From a virus (lineage: Duplodnaviria; Caudoviricetes), in IMG/VR virus record IMGVR_UViG_3300028888_000053, positions 32,001-96,000 of that record: DNA of 64,000 nt; one strand, 5' to 3'. Each line of letters starts with the position of its first letter. Position 1 is the stretch's first letter. Of the stretch, positions 26,178 through 35,689 are shown piece after piece. The translations under genes and the position numbers were made by a program. The notes under the pieces were generated by a model. That model saw nothing but the letters and a program-made list of their open reading frames with translations, was not told the DNA's origin and made no database searches.

Positions 26178-27032
26178 TTACTTGGACGGTTTCTTGTCCG
26201 CAAACAATTCGGGATAAACATCCTTACGAATCAATTCTAATACATTCTTGTTCTAAGGATGCTGCATCCAATTAATTACAGCATCATCCGTAGCACCAAG
26301 AATAATGTTATCACCGTAAACGTATAGCTTGTTCTTGTAAATGATAATCTTCTTATCTTTGGCGTCAGCAAACAACAATCTTAATGAGATATCTTCACCT
26401 CTATACAAATTAATAATCTTATCAGGACTCTTCTCAGCAACCTAATCCAAGAAATCAATTACATCAGTATCAGGCATGTTCTCCATTCTTCTGCCTAACA
26501 ATCTAGCTTTTGTTAAGCGACCTTCATACCCGCGCTCGTCTTCAAAAATGTAATTCAACGCTTCACGATACTTCGACTTCTTACTTACTCTCTGCTGAGA
26601 TTCCAAACCAGGACGGTCTACATACAATTCGGCAGTTCCGTAACGAGGAGTGGTGTTTCTATATCCCATTGTGCCATCAATAAGATAATTACCCTGTTTG
26701 TCCTTAGACCAACGCTCAGGTGCAATCATTCGATTATGCTTAATAGCTTCCCAGATAGCCTTATCTCTTGGGTTATCTAAGTTGAAAGTCTGTCCGTCAA
26801 CAATGGTGAACATAGAATTCTCAGGCAAAAATACATTACCACTATTCCGATCTTTATCAGAAAGAATCATGTCTCCGTGAGAATCAACTCTACGTACACA
26901 ATCAGGAAATTCACCAGTTTCAGGATCCTTACAAGGCTAAATAAAATACTTCATTCCAACCTTACCATAAACACTTCTTAGCACAACAACATTACTCTAT
27001 ATATCACTATTCTTAGTACTTTTAGTAGCCAT
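26178..27032 (-). CDS. Conserved post-MCP structural protein (284 aa; portal-vertex auxiliary-like by synteny)
   Basis: MATKSTKNSDI*SNVVVLRSVYGK... with TAG read-through, includes fragment 26442..26870. Immediately follows the MCP. Confidence 0.6.
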
Positions 27033-27065
27033 AAATTTTTTTGTTAATTATAATATATGAAAATA

Positions 27066-27097
27066 TTCTGGGAGAGGGTTTTAATGCTCTCCCAGAA
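27066..27097 (-). terminator. Hairpin/terminator after MCP
   Basis: Perfect 11-bp inverted repeat TTCTGGGAGAG / CTCTCCCAGAA. Confidence 0.75.
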
Positions 27098-27141
27098 AAA
27101 TCTATAGGTTATTTTATTATCTAAACAATCTCATTCATTTA

Positions 27142-28563
27142 TCAGATCTCACGAATGATGAACGAACGATAAGGATTAAATACTGCGATACCAGCATAAC
27201 CCCAAGCGACGAGCTTGCTACCAGCAACAGGAGTAGAAACCTGACCACTGGAGAGGCCGTCAAGACCACCAACACCAACAATCTGGTTAGTCAAATACTC
27301 ACCACCCTTAAGAGTGAAGCAAGCAATAGGAGGCTGTGCAGATGTCTTGTCAGCAGTTAAGTCGAGACAGAGGCAATAGCCCTTCTCCGAACCGTACTCA
27401 CGGCTAAGAGCTCTCTCAACCTTGAAGGTAACAGTATTACCAGCAAATTCATAAGAATTATAGGTAGCACCAACCTTTACATAATCATTTGCGGCCTGAG
27501 ACCACAAATAAGAACCATCGGTCTTAGCCTGTACGAGGTAGTCACCAAGTACGAGCTGGAGGTTCTGCCAGAAGCGTTCGTTGCAGATGAAGGTGTAGTG
27601 GTTACCAGTAGGAGTGGCAGCCTTCTCACCCAACATAGCGAGAGCGGTCTGGAATACTTCCATAGATAGACGGTTGTATGCATACTTGGATGCAAATCTC
27701 TCAACCTGAGGAATAAGACCCTCGGTAATGTAAACAGGTCTATTAGTATCGGGATCAACGATAGAAGCCTTACCATTAGCGTCTACATTACCCTTATTAA
27801 ACAACAGACCAGTGTTACGAGCGTACATGAAGTTATCAAGCAAGATCTTCTCTTGTTTGTCCATACGATAAATAACTTCGCTCATGTCGCCATTACCCTT
27901 ACCAGATGCAATCTTGATGAATACATCCTCGTGAGCAGCAAAGAGAGCAGAACGAGAAATATCGTTACGGAAGGTCTGGATAACGTTACGCATCTTGCTA
28001 ACGTTGCTCTGATACTTAACATAACCCTCTTCATGGAGCTCAGGCATAGCGTTGCTTAAGAACATGGTGGTATCACCAATGTTGCAACCAGTAACGTCAA
28101 GTACAGAACTGTAATCGTTGTCGATCAAACGAACCTGTACTTCCCAGTAGTTGTCACGTTTACGAATAGGCTTCGAAACAACCATGCACTACTGACCAGT
28201 TGCGTCAATTCTAAAGATATCATATTTCTCATAATATCTTTCTTTGAAAGCCATGGTAATCTCAGTACCATTAGCGCCATCCTCAGTAGGAACGTCAGCG
28301 AATTCAATACGCTTGATATTATTAGTGGAAATCTCCCACTCGAAATACATCGAATTAATGCTCTAGAATTTGTTGGATGCCTTAGCATCATTGTAGAAGA
28401 TATTTCTCAACGATTCAGTTAAATAAGAAGCGGTCATATCTTCATACATACGAGATACGATACCAAAACGAGTAGGATTAGTACCAATCCACTTACTAAA
28501 GTCTTCATATGTTGCAGTCTCGGACATTGCCGGATGCAAATTTACCATTGTTGCTACTTGCAT
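27142..28563 (-). CDS. Major capsid protein, crAss-like (473 aa; two in-frame TAG)
   Basis: Fragments 28363..28563 and 27142..28185 join through TAGs at 28363 and 28189. Motifs MYFEWEI, PELHEEG, EGLIPQVER, GIAVFNPYRS. Strong codon bias. Follows an acidic scaffold-like gene. Confidence 0.88.
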
Positions 28564-28590
28564 AAAATAATATTTTTTTAGTTGTTAATC

Positions 28591-29673
28591 TTACCAATCG
28601 ATATCATCGATTGACATACGTTTCTTTACCTCTTTATTCTCAGGCCTCTTTACAACAACTTTAGGATCTGCGGGCTATTTATTACTAGAAGCTTTTTTAA
28701 CTCCTTCTTCATAGCCAGCTCGGTGAGCTTTAGTGATCTCTGCCTTATAATAGTCAGAAACACTATTAATAACATCCTCACCCTTTAACGCAAACCACGC
28801 CATCTGCACAAGAGTCTCAGGATCATTCAATGCTTTCTGTAAATAACTAATACCAGCATTGTCAGTTCCAGTTAAAAATGTATAAATTTCATTTTTGTCA
28901 TCATCATCCATATCAACACTAAGCTCTCCAAGAGAGTCAAAATTGTTGATTGCATTTACAACACCATATGCATAACGATCGAAGTTGTCTTGTGCAAGTT
29001 GTTGCTAGTAAGCAGCATCTTTCTGATTCTTTTCATCTTCAAGTCTATGATATTCGTCTCTAAGTCCAGCAATTTCCTTGGCAAATAATGCTTCATTAGA
29101 TTTGGCTCTATCTAAAGCCTCTTGTAATTCCTCCTCAGTAATCTTATCTTGTCCAATACGTGCTTGTAGATCTAACACATAAAGCTCTTCATCCGTAAGG
29201 TCATCTATAGAATACGTTGGTTCAGGAGCTCCCTACTACTACATATATTCTGCTACACCCTGCTGTTTAATAGTTGCAACAAATTCCTCGGGAGTCATAT
29301 TACTGAGTCTCAATCTATTAATAAGATCTATTTCAGAATCATCTAATTGAGTGTTATCATCTACAGGCTATTCATTATTTTGAAGTATGTTGAGTTGTTC
29401 ACGTGAAGTCAAATCATTCCAGTTCTTTTCCTACACCTGATCATTATCATCTAAGAACTTAATCTTCGTAGGATCGTCAATACCTTTCTGCTTCAATAAA
29501 GAAGCAATGACGTCGATCTGTTCATCTGGCTCTTCAGGTTGATTATCTTCAACTACTAGTTCTTCTTCTCCTGTCTAAGTTGGTTCCTCCACAGTCTATT
29601 GCGCAGGATCCGTTTCACTTACGCTTACATCAACTACATCGTCGATGTCAATGTCATCAATACTTATTGCCAT
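28591..29673 (-). CDS. Acidic scaffold-like protein upstream of MCP (360 aa)
   Basis: MAISIDDIDID... very Asp/Glu-rich and helical, with TAG read-through. Includes fragment 28675..28911. Confidence 0.65.
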
Positions 29674-29700
29674 AATACATTAATTAAAAAAGTTAATAAT

Positions 29701-29736
29701 AAAAAAAAAGGAGATTTTACGGGCGTAAAATCTCCT
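29701..29736 (-). terminator. Strong Rho-independent terminator
   Basis: AGGAGATTTTAC-GCCC-GTAAAATCTCCT followed by a long T run on the minus strand. Confidence 0.85.
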
Positions 29737-29904
29737 GATGAAGAAAATATTATTCGATATAAATAAATTCAAATTATCAATGAGATTAACCAACATATTC
29801 TACTATACATATTTACATTTGTGTAGTCTTATTTACCGCTACACCCCTAACCTTAATTTTTGTGCAAATTGTGGTCATTTCATCTAAATCATTTATTACT
29901 GTCG

Positions 29905-29936
29905 CAATTATAACAATGCGTTATTGATAATTCAAA
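29905..29936 (-). promoter_or_regulatory. Promoter-like motif TTTGAAT-N17-TATAATTG
   Basis: Identical core elements and spacing to the 4198..4229 site. Confidence 0.6.
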
Positions 29937-29952
29937 TTATTTGTTGTTTTCG

Positions 29953-30339
29953 TTAAATTCTGTTAAAAACTTGTATGATATTGTTAAATATCACCTAAAT
30001 AAAGTCTCCCAACATAGTGGCAGATTCCTCTGGTTCATAGTCTCTAACAGTACTTATGTGATCTATTAAATGATAACATTCATGTACTAATGTATTCATT
30101 AATTCCGATGATGATGAAACTTCACCAATTCCAATTACGCTTTCTTCTAACATAAAATTAGAATATGTAAAGCCAATATCCAAATCATCATACTAAATCT
30201 GTTTCCTTGCTTTTTCGATTAAGGAAACAGGACAGTCTATGTCCTCTAAAGCATTCTTTATTTCGGGAAAATCCTCGCTATTAATACTATAAAATATCTA
30301 GACTGTCCATCCATCTAATTCATACGTCTACTTTTTCAT
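29953..30339 (-). CDS. Small HExxH-motif protein (128 aa)
   Basis: MKK*TYELDGW...NTLVHECYHL...EESA. ATG overlaps the upstream TGA. Confidence 0.65.
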
Positions 30340-30740
30340 AACATCTCTTCCCAATCTATAGCTATTCCGAGTTTGCATGTATCGGCGTACCACCGATTAA
30401 ATACAAGACCATCATAGCCGTCTTCATCTTCTATTACATCTTTAATGTATTTTGCGAGTTGAGCATCATTGGTAATGCTTGAACCATAGAAATCAGCGTA
30501 AGCCATATTAGCTACGTAGACATAATCATATAATTGATTGTTTTCTAGAGTGATTCCAGCATTCTTCAATATAGTATCAACCTTATCCTTATCAAGGGCA
30601 TTTAATCGCTTTCCACCTTTCATCATATAATGTGTTGCAAATTCACACATCTTGCGAGTAAAATGCCAACCATAATTAGACAGATACTTAATCATGTCTT
30701 TTGGTCTCTCATCATATTGGTCCAAGCTATTCCTCATCAT
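30336..30740 (-). CDS. Conserved hypothetical Bacteroidales-phage protein (134 aa)
   Basis: Complete ORF (YGWHF..KMCEFA; YDYVYVANM), translationally coupled at both ends. Confidence 0.75.
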   Translation of the reverse strand: MMRNSLDQYDERPKDMIKYLSNYGWHFTRKMCEFATHYMMKGGKRLNALDKDKVDTILKNAGITLENNQLYDYVYVANMAYADFYGSSITNDAQLAKYIKDVIEDEDGYDGLVFNRWYADTCKLGIAIDWEEML

Positions 30741-30946
30741 ACGTATCTACTCATTCTTTTTCCACCACGCATGTTATAACGTGCATCATAGTAATCTTCT
30801 TCATCGTCGTACTATTTGCGATGAGCTCTCTGATTCATAGTATCCTCTTCGAGAATCTCGCGAATAGCTTTAGCTTTCTTTTCAATGCAAGAAGCATATT
30901 CCATTACTTTGCCGTAATCGTCTGTGCTATATTCTACTACTATCAT
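30737..30946 (-). CDS. Small charged hypothetical protein (69 aa)
   Basis: MIVVEYSTDDYGKVMEY... with ATGA overlaps at both ends and one TAG. Confidence 0.65.
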
Positions 30947-31434
30947 TTTTCTTTAGTGGTTAATGCGGTTAATATTTTATCTATCTTATTCTCTACGCCT
31001 TCAAACTTTGATTCAAGCGTATTTAAACGATCATCACGTTCTTTATCCTTAGCAAACTGAGGACTCAGTTCTTTTAGAATCTTCTCGCCTTCTTCAATAT
31101 TCTTTTTATAAGTATCAATATTATTTAAGACTTGTTTGCTATTAGATATGATAGTTTCTACTTCTGATTGTAACCCTTGTTTAGTTTCACTCAATGTAAC
31201 CTTTCCATTGTTATAAGTAACAATAGAATACGAACTTGGGATAGAATTATAATCATAAATACTACCATCTATATTAACTTTAAGATCTACATACATAGTG
31301 CTTCCAAATGAATTGTTGACAAAAGCGTTAGCATGAGGAGCACTCACGCTAACTACTTCGCCAATCTTTAATTTTGGAGCATCTGTTTTATCTAGGATAT
31401 AGATCAAGCCTCCTTGCTACAATGAACTAAACAT
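30943..31434 (-). CDS. Hypothetical protein with C-terminal coiled coil (163 aa)
   Basis: MFSSL*QGGLIYILDK... extends the ORF-track ORF through a TAG. Confidence 0.7.
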
Positions 31435-31435
31435 A

Positions 31436-31747
31436 TCAAGCTACCAATTTAATTGTGTTAGAAACTTTATTAAACGTAATCAAATGATCACCTGCGGTAA
31501 TTTCTGTTAAAGGATCACCTTCAGCATCAGTTAATGCTAAAGTAGATTCATTAACAACAAGATCAATGCCAAGCACACCAGTTACTGCATCACTAAAGGT
31601 TACAATAACAAGTCCTGCTGGACCAACAAATCTAAAAGTGTGATCAGGTAAAGTATAACTAGCATCAGCAGTTGCACTTCCAACACTTGACTGAGTTGCT
31701 CTTACCGTAGGAATTCCTCCACGATTGCCAATAAGTACATTTGCCAT
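31436..31747 (-). CDS. Small beta-rich hypothetical protein (103 aa)
   Basis: MANVLIGNRGGIP...; ATG 31747 preferred because it follows the upstream stop at 31759. Confidence 0.65.
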   Translation of the reverse strand: MANVLIGNRGGIPTVRATQSSVGSATADASYTLPDHTFRFVGPAGLVIVTFSDAVTGVLGIDLVVNESTLALTDAEGDPLTEITAGDHLITFNKVSNTIKLVA

Positions 31748-31758
31748 AATCACATCAA

Positions 31759-32676
31759 TTAAGACCAAAAACCATTACCATAGCCATAACCATAACCATA
31801 GCCAGGATATAAACCCATTCCTACATAAGGAGTGGTGTTTACAGCTGTAAGATTAGGCCACTGAACTGGTACTGTATTTGGTTGTTTGTTAGCAATCTCA
31901 TTTACCTTTGCCTAAAGAGGGGTGATCAAACTATATAACTAGCTAGTCTGACGATCATTGTCTAACTGACCTCTTAACTGAGTAATGATATCACTCTGGG
32001 TGTCAATCTTAGACTGCATCTCACGCTCTCTAATATCACAGAACTCTTTAGTAATATTAGTTTGAAGAGCAGCGATAGCGTCAGTTGTAGCCCGACCATT
32101 AGCATTAATAGCGCCAACGACACTATTGGTATTACGATCAGCCTGAGACCCCAGTTGATTTGTTTGCTCGATGGTCTAGATTCTTGATTCATAACCCTAC
32201 TGAGTTGTTAAAAGACGATTCTCGCAGCAGCATTCACACAATTGATGTGCTAATGCGGCGTTTCCACTCTGAATTGCATTGATTGTCTATAAACCAGTCA
32301 TACCAACTTGAGAACCAACGCTAGTAATAGCATTATTTAAAGTGAAGATACCGTTCTAAACGGTCTATACTTCTGTATTCAAAAGACTTGCTAACTGACT
32401 TATAGCAGAACCATTACCTTGAATTGCATTCATAAGCAATTCACGACCTGTGTCATTGCTCATTTGATTAGAAAGGAAACCAGCTGCGCCGTTATTTCCA
32501 TAACCGCCAAAACCATTGCCACCCCAACCAAAGATCATCCACAAGAATAAAATCCATATCCAATTACCATTACCACCAAAACCATTGTTGTTCAACATTG
32601 TAGTGTAAAGTAAATTTGGATCTAAACTATTACCAGATATAGAATCTGGGAGCATAAATACTTTGCTGTCTGCCAT
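31759..32676 (-). CDS. Gly-rich membrane-anchored coiled-coil protein with CCC motif (305 aa)
   Basis: GFGGNGNWIWILFLWMIFGWGG hydrophobic segment, LCECCCEN, C-terminal GYGYGYG. TAG read-through beyond fragment 32365..32676. Confidence 0.75.
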
Positions 32677-32730
32677 AATTTAATTTTTAAATGTTAATAC
32701 TTAAATTCACTATTATCATCGATGACAATG

Positions 32731-32762
32731 CAATTATAGCCTCGCAAAAGTAGTTACGTAAA
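32731..32762 (-). promoter_or_regulatory. Promoter-like motif (TTTACG...TATAATTG)
   Basis: TATAATTG element with a weaker upstream box, between a terminator and ATG 32676. Confidence 0.45.
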
Positions 32763-32810
32763 CGATATTCAAAAATAATTTTAAGTAGAAAAAGTCAAAG
32801 ATATATAACG

Positions 32811-32840
32811 AAAAAAGGCCAGCTTTTTGGGCTGACCTTT
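32811..32840 (-). terminator. Rho-independent terminator
   Basis: Minus strand AAAGGTCAGC-CCAAAAA-GCTGGCCTTT followed by TTT. Confidence 0.75.
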
Positions 32841-32858
32841 GTGAACTCAATATTAATT

Positions 32859-33659
32859 TTAATGAGTCAATTTATATTGTTCATATTTATGAACTAATTT
32901 ATCGTAAAATTCAGGAAATTCTTTTAAAATATTATTGTAATACTCAGTATACACTTCTTTTCCATTACTATTTTTTAAAGCATGTTCCTGTGTCATAATG
33001 ATATTTGGAATAATTTCGTATATATGTTCCAGTGCTCGCATTCTCCTATTTTCTAAAACACAGAATAAATAATACCAACTCTCATCACAATTAGGAACTA
33101 ATCGCATAAATAAATCCCTATCAAAGAATCGTGGATCTGTAAATGTATGAGCTGGAAATAACATTCCAAAACATCCACTAGCAGGTTTCTATATTGTTAT
33201 TTCCTCATCTGGAACTAATTTATTAATTAATTCTGGCACACCTGATAATAATTCACATTTTATATTACCATTTTCTGGATATAATCCAAAGAAAGAACCT
33301 CCTATAATTACATCGTCAGGATATTTATTATGACTATTAATAAAATGATTAATCAATCCTTTCGGATACATTTTATCATCGTCCAATATCAATACTGGAT
33401 GATCAGGATATTTTTCTAATACTGGAACTAATTTCTTATGAGATCTAATATTACCTTTATCCCAAAGTATTTCAATGTCACATCCAGTAACTAAAGAACT
33501 AATAATCCTTGGTGTCTCTTTATCTGGAAACTCTTCTTCACTTAATACTAATACTAATTTCTAATCAGACATCTAATTAAGAATAGAAATTAAATTAAAT
33601 GGAAGAGTCTTGATTCTTGGTGGCCAACTTGTTAATGAAATGATCAATTGTTTTTCCAT
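32859..33659 (-). CDS. GT-A-fold glycosyltransferase (266 aa)
   Basis: IISLTSWPPRI...SILN*...SHKKL...ILDDD..YP...CDESW. Joins fragments 33189 and 32859 through TAG. Confidence 0.8.
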
Positions 33660-34011
33660 AAAACATTCGCATAAAATAATAAATAATAAACATACAAGCT
33701 ATCAGCAATATTAACAAAGTGTAGCTAGCATCAGAAATTGGTAATTTAAAATAAGAATCTATTAATGATAAAATATAGTATATAGATAAGAAATGGATAC
33801 ACAACCTATGTTTCCAACAGAAATGTAAAAGATAAGAAAGAATATATAATGCGTAAAGATAAACAAAGCTAGCACTTCCTATAAATGCTAGAAAATGTAG
33901 ATGAATATGGAAGAATTCAAACACTGTATATAATATACATATCGAAGCACTTATAATTGGAAGAAATCTTGTACAATAAGTTAATCGATTTAACAATGAT
34001 GAAGATATCAT
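33595..34011 (-). CDS. Multi-pass membrane protein (138 aa; holin-like possible)
   Basis: About four hydrophobic segments in a complete ORF. Confidence 0.6.
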   Translation of the reverse strand: MISSSLLNRLTYCTRFLPIISASICILYTVFEFFHIHLHFLAFIGSASFVYLYALYILSYLLHFCWKHRLCIHFLSIYYILSLIDSYFKLPISDASYTLLILLIACMFIIYYFMRMFYGKTIDHFINKLATKNQDSSI

Positions 34012-34301
34012 AACTTACCACCCTCTTTTTCAGAATAATATCTTGATACTGAACCCAATCTTGGTGCAGCAGTTGTTCTTTCTTTATGAGGACCTTTATA
34101 TATTAACTACTAAGGTATCTATTCTCTAACCTATTCTCCCTTCTCCTCAACTTTCTTATCCGTCTTTTTAATAAGAGAAAATAAATTATTGGCAGCATCC
34201 GCAAATCTTTTATGTAAAGCTTCCCATATAGCATTAGACTGTCGAGTTTCATTATCGTTAGTAGTCTATTGCTAATTTACTAATACTTCTTCGTCATTCA
34301 T
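34008..34301 (-). CDS. Hypothetical protein (97 aa)
   Basis: Open only with TAG read-through (six TAGs). TGA overlaps the next ATG. Confidence 0.55.
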
Positions 34302-34620
34302 TGTCTTTCTTTATTTTAAAAAAGTCCTTATCTTCCTACATCTTCTATTTGTATTCTTCTAATTCATCTTTATACCATACTAATTCATTAAAACCAAAAC
34401 GCTTTCTTCCTTGTGGTATTCTATCACATCTTAATAAATAATCAAATTTACTTCTAGAAATACCAAGAAATTGAAAAGCCTAAGTTTTACTCATAGGAGT
34501 CCTACCTAATAAATGAATTAACTATTCTTTCTCTTCACTAGTTAATTCACACTAATTATGCTCTATCTTATAAGCACTATCCCTTAAATACTACGCTAAT
34601 ATTTTATCAATAAATTTCAT
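34294..34620 (-). CDS. Helix-turn-helix DNA-binding protein, excisionase/HTH_17-like (108 aa)
   Basis: MSKT*AFQFLGISRSKFDYLLRCDRIPQGRKRFGFNELVWYKDEL. Confidence 0.7.
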
Positions 34621-34621
34621 A

Positions 34622-34651
34622 AAACACAAAAGGCCCTCCGTAGAGAGCCTT
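34622..34651 (-). terminator. Rho-independent terminator
   Basis: Minus strand AAGGCTCTC-TACG-GAGGGCCTT followed by TTGTGTTT. Confidence 0.7.
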
Positions 34652-34655
34652 ATTA

Positions 34656-35105
34656 TTACTCGACAAATAATGAATAGAGGATCTCAAGAAAATCAGCAGA
34701 ATCAACGTGCTGACCATTAATCTCTACATCATTACCAGCATTAACTTCGACGATTTCATTATATTCATCCTCTGTTAATGTTGCATGATTAATAGTCACT
34801 TCCTCCTGACCACGCTTAGAAACATAAGCGTTATACTCTTCATTAATTTGGTCTGTTAGTTCTTTTAAACGTTTATCTTCCTCTTCGGTTCTATCAGATT
34901 TTTGCTGTAATTCAGTAAATTCTGCAGGAATTAATTCTTTAGTAAACTCTTGAATATCAGCATCAAATGACTTGCGTACTTTTCCATACTCAATACGCAT
35001 TGCCATAATTTTAACCTTGAGGTCTTTACTTAATTGTGAATCTCCATCTTTAAATGCAACTTTTGTGATAAAGTTGTGTTTTGCTAATACTTCGTTTGTA
35101 GTCAT
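34656..35105 (-). CDS. Hypothetical helical protein (149 aa)
   Basis: Complete ORF bounded by a promoter-like motif and a terminator. Confidence 0.75.
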   Translation of the reverse strand: MTTNEVLAKHNFITKVAFKDGDSQLSKDLKVKIMAMRIEYGKVRKSFDADIQEFTKELIPAEFTELQQKSDRTEEEDKRLKELTDQINEEYNAYVSKRGQEEVTINHATLTEDEYNEIVEVNAGNDVEINGQHVDSADFLEILYSLFVE

Positions 35106-35149
35106 TTTCTTATAAACATTAAAAATTAAACATAAATCATAATCTTCTA

Positions 35150-35180
35150 CAATTATACTACAATTTTAGAAGAAATCAAA
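35150..35180 (-). promoter_or_regulatory. Promoter-like motif TTTGATT-N16-TATAATTG
   Basis: Recurrent motif with a spacer 1 nt shorter than the other sites. Confidence 0.5.
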
Positions 35181-35201
35181 TAAAATTAAAGAAAATTTAT
35201 A

Positions 35202-35657
35202 TTATGTATTTTTATATACTAATTTAAGCTTTTCTGGGAAAAACTCTCCATCTAATACAATATAAGTGTTGACTAATTTATGTACTTTAGAACAATCAAT
35301 AATAGATCTAAAACAATTTAACTTATAATCATTTAAATCCGATGGAAATATAACACAAGAATTACCATTAAGTACTTCTGGTAATGTCTTATTATCAGTT
35401 ATTTCTATATACTCACCAGGATTTAATAATATCAGATAATCATATTCATTTCGATGTATCGCTAACAACATTTCATATAAATCCTATATTTTATTTGGAT
35501 TATCATATGTATAACCAACAATATCTGCTATGGAAGGATATTCTTTTAAAGTATCGCTAATAAATATATAATCAGTAACACCTAACTTATCATGATATTC
35601 TTTCCATTCTTGAATATTGTCTTCTGAATCAATAATTGAAATTATTCCTATTTTCAT
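35202..35657 (-). CDS. Short/degenerate glycosyltransferase-like protein (151 aa)
   Basis: EDNIQEWKEYHDKLGV...EYDYLILLNPGEYI resembles the GT92/GT2_4 pattern EW..YH..LG...D.DE, with the DxD replaced. Confidence 0.5.
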
Positions 35658-35689
35658 GCTAATGTAGTATGTATCAAATATGTAAATTA

